A stretch of 31,485 nt of DNA. Source: a virus (Duplodnaviria > Caudoviricetes). Numbering within the stretch: the stretch's first letter is position 1; each line of letters begins with the position of its first letter. Positions 6,531 through 15,030 of this stretch are shown here, piece after piece. A program made the translations under genes and the position numbers. Below the pieces are notes generated by a model, which saw only the letters and a program-made list of their open reading frames with translations, did no database searches and was not told the origin of the DNA. The stretch spans positions 1 to 31,485 of the IMG/VR virus record IMGVR_UViG_3300044512_000254. One strand, given 5' to 3'.

Positions 6531-6548
6531 TAAAAGGAGGAAACGCAT

Positions 6549-6965
6549 ATGGCTATATTAGAAGGAACTGCGTACTGGGCAAGTATAACTACACCCAATA
6601 CGACTTTTGAACCAGTGTATACTGTCAACCTAGTGGTTGATAATGAGACTGCAAATGATTTTGCATCTCGTGGACACACTGTAAAGCAGATGGATGAAGG
6701 TCCTGCTTTAATTATGAAACGAAAGGTAAATGGTCCGAAAGGAATGGTAAGACCTGCACCTAGATTGTTTGATAAGGACAAGCAAGAAGTCAGCACTGCT
6801 GTTGGTAATGGCTCTCAAGTGAGAGTTCAATTCAATGAGTACGATTGGGAGTACGCTGGTAAGCAAGGGAAAGGTCTCGACTTACAAGCTGTTCAAATTG
6901 TTAATCTTGTTGAATACAAGAACGGTGATGGTGATGAATTCTTTTCTGATGGGGAGGAATTCTAA
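6549..6965 (+). CDS. ssb: single-stranded DNA-binding protein (T7 gp2.5 / DUF2815-like)
   Basis: Motifs G-x-AYWA...P, VGNGSQVRVQF and LQAVQIVNLVEY; acidic tail ending in Phe (DGDEFFSDGEEF); located before the primase. Confidence 0.85.
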   Translation: MAILEGTAYWASITTPNTTFEPVYTVNLVVDNETANDFASRGHTVKQMDEGPALIMKRKVNGPKGMVRPAPRLFDKDKQEVSTAVGNGSQVRVQFNEYDWEYAGKQGKGLDLQAVQIVNLVEYKNGDGDEFFSDGEEF

Positions 6966-7273
6966 TGATCATCACTATTAAAAATGATGACGGAGAAACA
7001 AACTTCGACATCAATAATATTGCAGATGAACAGACGAAGCAGGAAGCTACTGTGATTGTGCAAAAGGTTGGCAACCTACAGGTTGTCATTGAAGCCTTAG
7101 ACTTTGCTAGTCGTACCCACAGAGCTAACTTAGAAGAGTTGCTTAAGGGTAGAGACGAAGCTATAGTTGAGCCTGAAAGGGCTAGGGATGAAGAAGGTAA
7201 GTTTGTAGCAGACGACCCTGAAACACCCGACACTAATGAAGCTTGGGTTGGTGGTAAAAAACCTGCCAAGTAA
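6965..7273 (+). CDS. hypothetical protein with C-terminal RAR...GKF..DDPETP..NEAW motif
   Basis: 102-aa ORF, TAATG coupled to ssb, GGAGG SD. Confidence 0.75.
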   Translation: MIITIKNDDGETNFDINNIADEQTKQEATVIVQKVGNLQVVIEALDFASRTHRANLEELLKGRDEAIVEPERARDEEGKFVADDPETPDTNEAWVGGKKPAK

Positions 7274-7282
7274 TTTAAAACC

Positions 7283-7312
7283 GGCTAGGTGTAAAAGCCT
7301 AGCCACTTTTCT
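7283..7312 (+). terminator. probable intrinsic terminator/attenuator hairpin
   Basis: GGCTAGG 7283-7289 / CCTAGCC 7298-7304 stem followed by ACTTTTCT. Confidence 0.6.
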
Positions 7313-7324
7313 AAAGGAGATAGA

Positions 7325-8986
7325 ATGCAAGAACAAAGTAAATTTGTACGACATAAGTTACCCTGCCCTTCATGTGGTGGCTCTGACCCTGTGTCTATGA
7401 ATGAGGATAAGTCTGCTCATTGCTTTAGCTGTGAGACACACTTTCCTAATTATGTGGATGCGTGTGATGGAAAAATTGTGGATACTACACCTAAACCTAA
7501 AGTCACTACCTCTTTCTTAAACAGTTATACTGGTAGCTTTGGTCCTTTAACAGACCGAGATATATCAGAAGAGACTGCTAAGAAATATAGTGTTAGAAGG
7601 ATTGTTAGTTCCACCAATCAGATATCACAACACATTTATCCCTTCTTTAATGGTAACGAAGTTGTCGGTACTAAGACACGCTTTATTGAAAATAAAAACT
7701 TTGCTTTTTCAGGAACATATGAAGGCACTGGTTTATTCGGTGAGCAACTGTTTAGAAATACTGGTGGTAAGTATCTAACTATTACAGAAGGTGAATGTGA
7801 TGCTATGGCTGCATATGAATTGATGCAATCCAAGTGGGCATGTGTATCACTAAAGCGAGGTGCTTCGGGTGCTGTTAAAGATATCCGAGAAAGCATTGAG
7901 TTTGTTGAATCATTTGATAATGTAGTGTTATGTTTTGATAATGATAAGGCAGGTAGAGAAGCAGCTCGTAATGTTGCACGCATATTAAAACCCGGAAAAG
8001 CTAAGGTAATGACATTACCTAACGGCTATAAGGATGCAAACGATATGCTCAAGCAACGTAAGTTCCAAGAGTTTATGTCCTCATGGTGGGAAGCTAAGAC
8101 TTATACACCGTCAGGTATTATGGAACTTTCTTCTCAAAGAAACGATTGGTTACATAGAGAAGTTAAAGAAAGTATTGCTTATCCTTGGGAAGGACTCAAC
8201 AAAAAACTGTATGGTCTGAGGAAAGGTGAGCTTGTAACTCTTACAGGTGGAACAGGACTTGGTAAGTCTTCAGTGACTCGTGAGCTAGAACATTGGCTAA
8301 TCAAAAACACTAAAGATAACGTAGGTATCGTAGCTCTTGAAGAGAACTGGTTGAGAACTGCTGATGGTATCATATCCATTGAAGCAAATGATCGACTGTA
8401 TCTAACAGAGAAAAGAAACAACTACAGTGATGAACAACTCACTGAATTATTTGATAAGGTTATTCCTAGTGGTCGTGTTTATATTCATGCTCATTTAGGT
8501 GCTACTGATATCGAAGAAATATTTTCTAAGCTAAGATATATTATTGTAGGCTGTGAATGTAAATGGGTTGTGGTTGATCACTTACACATGCTTGTTAATG
8601 TACTTGCTGAAGGTGATGAAAGAAGAGGTATCGATTCTTTGATGAATAGATTACGTAGTCTTGTTGAAGAAACAGGGGTAGGCATGATATTAGTATCACA
8701 CTTGCGTAGAGCATCGGGTGATAAAGGACACGAGCAAGGTATCGAAGTATCGTTATCACACTTGAAAGGCTCTCAAGGAATAGCACAACTATCTGATTGT
8801 GTGATTGCATTAGAACGTAATCAACAAGCATCGAATGAAGACGAAGCTAACACCACAAAAGTTCGTGTACTTAAATCAAGATACACAGGTGATACTGGAC
8901 TGGCATGTAGCTTAAGATATAACAACGACACTGGTAGATTATTTGAAGTATCAGAGGAGGAAACTTTTGACAACACAGAATTCTAA
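7325..8986 (+). CDS. T7 gp4-like DNA primase-helicase
   Basis: N-terminal Zn finger (CPSC...CFSC), TOPRIM motifs (ITEGECDAM, FDNDKAG), Walker A GGTGLGKS, VVVDHLH, LKGSQGIAQLSD, KSRYTGDTG. Confidence 0.96.
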   Translation: MQEQSKFVRHKLPCPSCGGSDPVSMNEDKSAHCFSCETHFPNYVDACDGKIVDTTPKPKVTTSFLNSYTGSFGPLTDRDISEETAKKYSVRRIVSSTNQISQHIYPFFNGNEVVGTKTRFIENKNFAFSGTYEGTGLFGEQLFRNTGGKYLTITEGECDAMAAYELMQSKWACVSLKRGASGAVKDIRESIEFVESFDNVVLCFDNDKAGREAARNVARILKPGKAKVMTLPNGYKDANDMLKQRKFQEFMSSWWEAKTYTPSGIMELSSQRNDWLHREVKESIAYPWEGLNKKLYGLRKGELVTLTGGTGLGKSSVTRELEHWLIKNTKDNVGIVALEENWLRTADGIISIEANDRLYLTEKRNNYSDEQLTELFDKVIPSGRVYIHAHLGATDIEEIFSKLRYIIVGCECKWVVVDHLHMLVNVLAEGDERRGIDSLMNRLRSLVEETGVGMILVSHLRRASGDKGHEQGIEVSLSHLKGSQGIAQLSDCVIALERNQQASNEDEANTTKVRVLKSRYTGDTGLACSLRYNNDTGRLFEVSEEETFDNTEF

Positions 8987-10712
8987 AATTATATTTGACA
9001 TAGAATGTGATGGTCTTAAACCAACTAAACTACATTGTATTGTAGCAAAAGAACTCGATGGAGAAATTCATAAGTTCCCACCTCATAAACTTAAAGAAGG
9101 GATTGAGTTTTTAAAACAAGCTGATACTTTAGTTGGACATAACATCTTACGATTCGATCTTGATGTTATTAAGAAACTAACAGGTGTTGATCTTTATCAC
9201 AAGAACATTGAAGATACTCTTGTGATGTCTAGATTATTTAAACCTATCCGTGAGAACGGTCATAGTTTAAAGACATGGGGTTATCGTGTTGGCTTTGCTA
9301 AACAAGAACAACCTATAGACTTTGATGAGTACACACCACAGATGCTTGAGTATTGTTGTAATGATGTAAGGTTGAACGAATTAGTTTACCTTGCTTTATT
9401 AAAAGAACAGACAGGTTTTAGTGATCAATCTATTGCTCTTGAACATGCAGTAGCTAAAGTAATATCCGACCAAGAAAACAATGGGTTTGCTTTCAACGAG
9501 AAGCAAGCTACCATGTTACTTGCTAAACTTAAAGATAAGATGTACGAAGTTACTGATGAAGTTCAACGTACTTTTAAACCTAGGATGGTTGATGTTAAAT
9601 GGGTAACACCTAAGTTTAAGAAAGATGGACAGCTATCTAAGTCAGGACTAACTGTTGATGAATACAAACAATGTATTGATACAGGTAATCATAAACCTTT
9701 TATGCGACAAGAACTACAAGAGTTTAATCTTGGCAGTCGTAAACAAATAGGTGAGTACTTAATGGAGTTTGGTTGGGAACCTAAACGTTTCACACCAACA
9801 GGTCAGCCGATTGTAGATGAAGGGACTCTTAAAAAGATTACCCACATACATGAAGCTAAACTTATTGCAGACTTCTTGTTGTATCAAAAGCGTATTGCTC
9901 AGATACAATCTTGGTTAGATGCTTTAGAAGAAGATGGTAGAGTACATGGTTCAGTTATTCCTAACGGAACTATCACTGGTCGTATGTCTCACAATCATCC
10001 TAATGTTGCTCAAGTACCGGCTGTTTACAGTCCCTTCGGTCAAGAATGTAGAGCTTGTTGGACTGTAGAAGACGGGAATGTTTTAGTTGGAGTTGATGCT
10101 TCAGGACTAGAACTTCGTATGTTAGCACATTACATGAACGATGAGGAGTATATAAATGAAGTTGTCAATGGAGACATACACACGACTAATCAAAACCTTG
10201 CAGGACTTGAATCAAGAGATACAGCAAAGACTTTCATCTATGCCCTTGTCTACGGAGCAGGAGATGAAAAGATTGGAAGCGTGGTTGGAGGTTCAAGAAA
10301 GCAGGGCAAAGAACTTAAAGAACGTTTTCTTACCAACTTACCAGCACTTAAAACTCTTAAGGAAAAAGTACAACGAGCAGCTAAACGAGGATTCCTTAAA
10401 GGATTAGATGGTCGTAAGATTTATATCCGAAGTGAACACGCTGCTTTAAATAGTTTACTTCAAGGTGGTGGTGCTATTGTAATGAAGAAAGGTTTAGAGT
10501 TACTTGACAAACGACTAAGCCTTACTGAGATTCCTTATAAGTTTGTTGCAAACATTCATGACGAATGGCAAATAGAAGTAAGAGAATGTCAAGCTAATAA
10601 AGTAGGACAACTTGCTGTTCAAGCTATCATTGATGCAGCAGAACATTTTAATATGAGATGTCCTTTAGATGGAGAATTCAAGGTTGGGAGGTCTTGGGAT
10701 GAAACACATTAA
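8967..10712 (+). CDS. polA: family A DNA polymerase with 3'-5' exonuclease (T7 gp5-like)
   Basis: ExoI FDIECDGL, ExoII GHNILRFD, motif A DASGLELR, motif B RDTAKTFIYALVYG, motif C IHDEWQ. Probable TTG start at 8967 behind GAGGAGG. Confidence 0.96.
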   Translation: MTTQNSKIIFDIECDGLKPTKLHCIVAKELDGEIHKFPPHKLKEGIEFLKQADTLVGHNILRFDLDVIKKLTGVDLYHKNIEDTLVMSRLFKPIRENGHSLKTWGYRVGFAKQEQPIDFDEYTPQMLEYCCNDVRLNELVYLALLKEQTGFSDQSIALEHAVAKVISDQENNGFAFNEKQATMLLAKLKDKMYEVTDEVQRTFKPRMVDVKWVTPKFKKDGQLSKSGLTVDEYKQCIDTGNHKPFMRQELQEFNLGSRKQIGEYLMEFGWEPKRFTPTGQPIVDEGTLKKITHIHEAKLIADFLLYQKRIAQIQSWLDALEEDGRVHGSVIPNGTITGRMSHNHPNVAQVPAVYSPFGQECRACWTVEDGNVLVGVDASGLELRMLAHYMNDEEYINEVVNGDIHTTNQNLAGLESRDTAKTFIYALVYGAGDEKIGSVVGGSRKQGKELKERFLTNLPALKTLKEKVQRAAKRGFLKGLDGRKIYIRSEHAALNSLLQGGGAIVMKKGLELLDKRLSLTEIPYKFVANIHDEWQIEVRECQANKVGQLAVQAIIDAAEHFNMRCPLDGEFKVGRSWDETH

Positions 10713-11253
10713 TTGTAAAGATTGTGGTACTGAGTTAACAGATGAGAACTGGTACCCTTCAAGAAAAGAAAAAAATATTCAGGTATGTATTGAATGTTGG
10801 AAAACAAATCCAAAGCATACACAAAGAAACAGTAACAGGATGTTTGTTAATGGGAAACATATTTCCACTAGCCATCCATTACATAAAGCAGGTAACTATA
10901 AAACTTTTGAAGATGCAGCTTTCGCTTCTCTTGCTCAATATAAATCAACCAAAGAAGGTCAAGTGTATGTTTTAACTAACAAAGCTTGGAAGGGTTGGGT
11001 TAAAATTGGTATGGCAATTGATGCTGAAGATAGATTAAATGGTTATCAAACATCTAGTCCTCACAGAGATTATGAATTAAAGTATAAAAAGTTTTTTAAA
11101 AATAGAAGAAAGGCTGAACTCGAAGCTCATAAACTTTGTGAAAAGAAAGCAAAAGAAAGAAACGGTGAATGGTTTAAGTTGACAATTACAGATGCTATTC
11201 AAATAATAAACAATCTAACAGAGGAAACTCATGAAGAAAAACAAACAGCTTGA
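10699..11253 (+). CDS. T5orf172/GIY-YIG-like nuclease with N-terminal Zn ribbon
   Basis: CKDC...CIEC, then GQVYVL...VKIGMA...RLNGYQTSSP...E...H...GEWF. ATG 10699 is preferred. Confidence 0.75.
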   Translation: MKHINCKDCGTELTDENWYPSRKEKNIQVCIECWKTNPKHTQRNSNRMFVNGKHISTSHPLHKAGNYKTFEDAAFASLAQYKSTKEGQVYVLTNKAWKGWVKIGMAIDAEDRLNGYQTSSPHRDYELKYKKFFKNRRKAELEAHKLCEKKAKERNGEWFKLTITDAIQIINNLTEETHEEKQTA

Positions 11254-12112
11254 TACGTTGATTGCAGACATCTATGAAAAAGTTGAGATACTTGGAAGAG
11301 GTGAAGCTATTGATGTTAGTGAAGAAGACTTGGATAAATTTGCTGAGTTTATGAAGCAAGCATTAGTTGATTGGATAACTCCAAGAGCTAATAAGAAACC
11401 TACACTTAGAATGTCTAATGTTGGAAAGCCTAACAGACAACTGTGGTTTGATATGAACTCAGAACGAGAAGCCAAAGGTATCAATGCTCCGACTATGATT
11501 AAGTTTTTATATGGACATATACTTGAAAGAGTTGTGTTGTTTTTAACAGAGCTTGGTGGACATACAGTTACTGATGAACAAAAAGAAATTAAAGTCAATG
11601 GTATACTAGGACACATGGATTGTAAGATTGATGGTGAAGTAATTGATATTAAGTCAGCATCTAATTATGCATTTCAAAAGTTTAAGAATGGTACTCTAGC
11701 AGAAGACGACCCTTTCGGATACATGGCTCAGCTTGCAGGATATGAAGAAGCAGAAGGTACAAGTAACGGTGGGTTCTTAGCAATTAATAAAGAGACAGGA
11801 GAACTAGCTTTGTTCCAACCTCAAGAACTTGACAAGCCTAATATCAAAGCAAGGATTACTAAACTTAAATCAGAAATTAAAGGTAAGACTTTACCTGATT
11901 TTTGTTACCAACCTATAGCTGAAGGTACATCAGGAAACTTTAAACTTCCTAGAGGTTGTTCGTGGTGTCACCATAAGTTTGAATGTCATAAAGATTCTAA
12001 CGATGGTAAAGGTTTAAGAGTCTTTGAATACTCTAAAGGTCTAACCTATCTTACTAAAACTGTAAGGGAACCCAAGGTAAATGAGATTACTCATAGGTTT
12101 ATCAATGGCTAG
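11231..12112 (+). CDS. PD-(D/E)XK exonuclease (Cas4/lambda-exo-like)
   Basis: LRMSNVG..R.LW, GHILE, GHMDCKIDGEVIDIKSAS, Y..QL..Y and C-terminal C...CSWC...C. Confidence 0.8.
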   Translation: MKKNKQLDTLIADIYEKVEILGRGEAIDVSEEDLDKFAEFMKQALVDWITPRANKKPTLRMSNVGKPNRQLWFDMNSEREAKGINAPTMIKFLYGHILERVVLFLTELGGHTVTDEQKEIKVNGILGHMDCKIDGEVIDIKSASNYAFQKFKNGTLAEDDPFGYMAQLAGYEEAEGTSNGGFLAINKETGELALFQPQELDKPNIKARITKLKSEIKGKTLPDFCYQPIAEGTSGNFKLPRGCSWCHHKFECHKDSNDGKGLRVFEYSKGLTYLTKTVREPKVNEITHRFING

Positions 12113-12545
12113 AAGAGTACCAAGAAAACCAAGACCTAAAAAGATTAACGTACCTAAAGGGTATGACAGTCGATGGGAGTATGACATTCACTTAGGTATT
12201 TTAAAAGATTGGAAACACCACTGGGATGTCATACAATATGTTGTTGAACACAAATACGAACCTGACTTTGTCAAAGAGTTTGATGGTAAGATAATATTAC
12301 TAGAAGCAAAGGGTAGATTTTGGGACCATGCTGAGTACAGTAAGTATATTCATATTAGAAAAGTTTTACCTGAAAATACTGAGCTGGTGTTTTTATTTCA
12401 AAAGCCTTTATCTCCAATGCCGGGAGCTAAAGTAAGATTAAATGGCACAAAAAGAACCCATGCTGAATGGGCTGAAACAAATAACTTTAGATGGTACAGT
12501 GAAGAAACGTTACCGAAGGAATGGAAAAATGACAGAACAGATTGA
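12105..12545 (+). CDS. T7 gp3-like endonuclease I (Holliday junction resolvase)
   Basis: YDSRWE...YEPDF...LLEAKGRF...WAE..NF.W. ATG 12105 is preferred. Confidence 0.85.
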   Translation: MARRVPRKPRPKKINVPKGYDSRWEYDIHLGILKDWKHHWDVIQYVVEHKYEPDFVKEFDGKIILLEAKGRFWDHAEYSKYIHIRKVLPENTELVFLFQKPLSPMPGAKVRLNGTKRTHAEWAETNNFRWYSEETLPKEWKNDRTD

Positions 12546-12813
12546 TTATAAATTTAATGAACGAAGACATATAATTGAATTAAAAGAATATATTGATGGT
12601 ACATACGGTGAGCACTACGCTTCTGATAAGTACCAAGCAACCGATGTGATCATTGACTCAGGTCATGGTGAAGGTTTTTGCATGGGTAACATTATGAAGT
12701 ATGCAAAACGTTATGGAAATAAAGCAGGAAAGAACAAAAAAGACTTGCTTAAAATCTTACATTATGGTATAATTATGCTTGACATACACAACAAGGAATC
12801 AAATAATGGTTGA
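12529..12813 (+). CDS. DUF3310 family protein (T7 gp1.7-like nucleotide kinase family)
   Basis: HY...GFCMGNIMKYAKRYGNK...DLLKILHY. ATG 12529 follows AAGGA. Confidence 0.75.
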   Translation: MTEQIDYKFNERRHIIELKEYIDGTYGEHYASDKYQATDVIIDSGHGEGFCMGNIMKYAKRYGNKAGKNKKDLLKILHYGIIMLDIHNKESNNG

Positions 12814-14701
12814 AGATAAAGTCGGTATCAAGGATTATCTTGGTATAAAAATTAATTACAGTAATGAAAGACTACTAGATAAGTTTAGTCTTGATACATT
12901 AAAAGATAGATATTTATGGGAGAATGAAACACATGCACAAGAAGCTTTCGCAAGAGCCTCCGTCTTCGGAGCAACCTACAAAGGTCAAACAGATTTTGAA
13001 TTGGCTCAGCGACTTTATCACTACAGTTCCTCTTGTTGGTTTATGTTTAGCACCCCTATACTTAGTAACGGGGGAACCAGTCGTGGGCTTCCTATTAGCT
13101 GTTTCCTCAATTATGTACCTGACAGTCGTGACGGGCTATCTTCTCATTACAATGAAAATATATGGTTGGCGAGTTCAGGTGGAGGTATTGGTGGATATTG
13201 GGGAGATATCCGTAGTAATGGTATATCTACTACTCACGGTAGTAAGTCTACTGGTTCAATCCCCTTTATACATGTAGTAGATTCACAGATGTTAGCCTTT
13301 AACCAAGGTGTAACAAGACGTGGTTCTTATGCTGCATACATGGACATATCTCATCCGGAGATTGAAGAGTTCATTAACATGCGTAAAGAATCCGGTGGTG
13401 ATATCAATCGTAAGAACCTCAATCTTCATAACGGTATTAACATTACCAATGAGTTCTTGAAAGCTGTTGAAGAAGACGCAGACTTTAGATTGATTGACCC
13501 TAAAACTAATGAGCCTACTAAGACTGTTAATGCTAGAGACTTATGGTGGCAGATCATTAATGCTAGAGCAGAAACAGGTGAGCCTTACATGGTAAACATA
13601 GATACATGTAATGATGCTTTACCAAAAGAACAAAAAGATTTAGGTTTAGAAATCAAACAGAGCAATCTTTGTTCTGAGATTACTTTACCCACTAACGAAG
13701 AACGAACAGCAGTATGTTGTTTATCTTCTGTTAACTTAGAATACTTTGATGAATGGTCAGAAAATCCAATGTTCATTGAAGATTTAATTACCATGCTCGA
13801 CAACGTGCTTCAACATTATATTGACCATGCTGTTGACACAGATAACTTAGGAGAATATAATGCAAATTTTAAAAGATTTCAAAAACATATTAAAGAAGGT
13901 AGGGAAGGGTTTACTAAATCTGCCTACTCTGCTTATAGAGAAAGGTCGTTGGGTCTCGGTGCGATGGGCTTCCATTCGTATCTCCAATCACGCAACATTC
14001 CTTTTGAAGGTATCTATGCTACGGGCTTCAACTATAAAGCATTTAAATATATTAAAACGAAAGCACAACGAGCTTCTGAAAAACTTGCTGACCAACGTGG
14101 AGAAGCACCTGATATCAGTGGTAGTGGGAGGAGGAATGCTCATCTTTTGGCTGTTGCTCCTAATGCCAGCTCTAGTATTATTTGTGGTGGGACATCTCCT
14201 TCGATTGAGCCTTATCGTGCTAACGTTTATACGCACAAAACTCTCTCAGGTTCTTACCAAGTTAAAAACAAATATTTAGAAGAACTCCTTAAAGATAAAG
14301 GATTAAAGAAAGATGAGTTGACTGTATTGTGGAAAGACATTGCAGGTAATGATGGTTCAGTACAGCACTTAGATATTCTTACTGATGAAGAAAAAGAATT
14401 GTTTAAGACTGCTAATGAAATAGATCAAATATGGATTGTAGAACATGCAGCTAAACGTCAAGAGTTTATTTGTCAAGCACAATCTGTCAATCTTTTCTTT
14501 ACACTTCCAAAGGCTACTGAGACACAGGAAGTACACGATGAGTACATGCAGTACGTCAATGATGTACACTGGTATGGTATGAACAAACTAAAGTCTTTGT
14601 ACTACTTTAGAACTAATGCTGCTAGAAATGCAGAAAATGTAAACGTTAAAGTTCAGCGTATTAAATTAGACGATGCTGAATGTATTGCATGTGAAGGATA
14701 A
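12806..14701 (+). CDS. nrdA: ribonucleotide reductase class I alpha subunit
   Basis: STPILSN, PISCF, QSNLCSEI, CCLSS, LGLGAMG, APNASSS, KSLYY and C-terminal CIACEG; no N-terminal ATP cone. Confidence 0.96.
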   Translation: MVEDKVGIKDYLGIKINYSNERLLDKFSLDTLKDRYLWENETHAQEAFARASVFGATYKGQTDFELAQRLYHYSSSCWFMFSTPILSNGGTSRGLPISCFLNYVPDSRDGLSSHYNENIWLASSGGGIGGYWGDIRSNGISTTHGSKSTGSIPFIHVVDSQMLAFNQGVTRRGSYAAYMDISHPEIEEFINMRKESGGDINRKNLNLHNGINITNEFLKAVEEDADFRLIDPKTNEPTKTVNARDLWWQIINARAETGEPYMVNIDTCNDALPKEQKDLGLEIKQSNLCSEITLPTNEERTAVCCLSSVNLEYFDEWSENPMFIEDLITMLDNVLQHYIDHAVDTDNLGEYNANFKRFQKHIKEGREGFTKSAYSAYRERSLGLGAMGFHSYLQSRNIPFEGIYATGFNYKAFKYIKTKAQRASEKLADQRGEAPDISGSGRRNAHLLAVAPNASSSIICGGTSPSIEPYRANVYTHKTLSGSYQVKNKYLEELLKDKGLKKDELTVLWKDIAGNDGSVQHLDILTDEEKELFKTANEIDQIWIVEHAAKRQEFICQAQSVNLFFTLPKATETQEVHDEYMQYVNDVHWYGMNKLKSLYYFRTNAARNAENVNVKVQRIKLDDAECIACEG

Positions 14702-14704
14702 ATT

Positions 14705-14854
14705 ATGGATTGTTGGCACTGTGGAAATAAAGTAATATGGGGAGGTGACGTGGACATTAGTCATGAAAGCGAAGACTTCCAAATGGAAACAAATTTAAAA
14801 TGTACTAAATGTAATTCAGAAATTTTAGTATACTTACCAAAGGAAACAAAATGA
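14705..14854 (+). CDS. small Zn-ribbon protein (49 aa, CWHC...CTKC)
   Basis: Not in the ORF track. AAGGA SD, ATG 14705, MDCWHCGNKVIWGGD...LKCTKCNSEILVYLP. Confidence 0.75.
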   Translation: MDCWHCGNKVIWGGDVDISHESEDFQMETNLKCTKCNSEILVYLPKETK

Positions 14855-15030
14855 AACAAGAAGAGTTTACAGATGTGTTTAGTCAGAAGTTTTCAGGCTT
14901 TACAAGTAGGATGTGGTTAGATTATTGTGATGAACATAAAGACCCATTCTCAAAAACAAAAGATTACGCAGGATATGTAATTGAAAATTTAAAATATTTA
15001 GTTAAGAGATTTAACAAGGAGAACAGATGA
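14851..15030 (+). CDS. hypothetical protein (59 aa, ...RMWLDYCDE...)
   Basis: Not in the ORF track. AAGGA SD and ATGA overlaps with both neighbours. Confidence 0.75.
   Translation: MKQEEFTDVFSQKFSGFTSRMWLDYCDEHKDPFSKTKDYAGYVIENLKYLVKRFNKENR

Noticed and set aside
11231-12112. Cas4-like gene as evidence of a CRISPR-Cas system
   Set aside because: No array or other cas genes; such nucleases are routine in phage replication modules.
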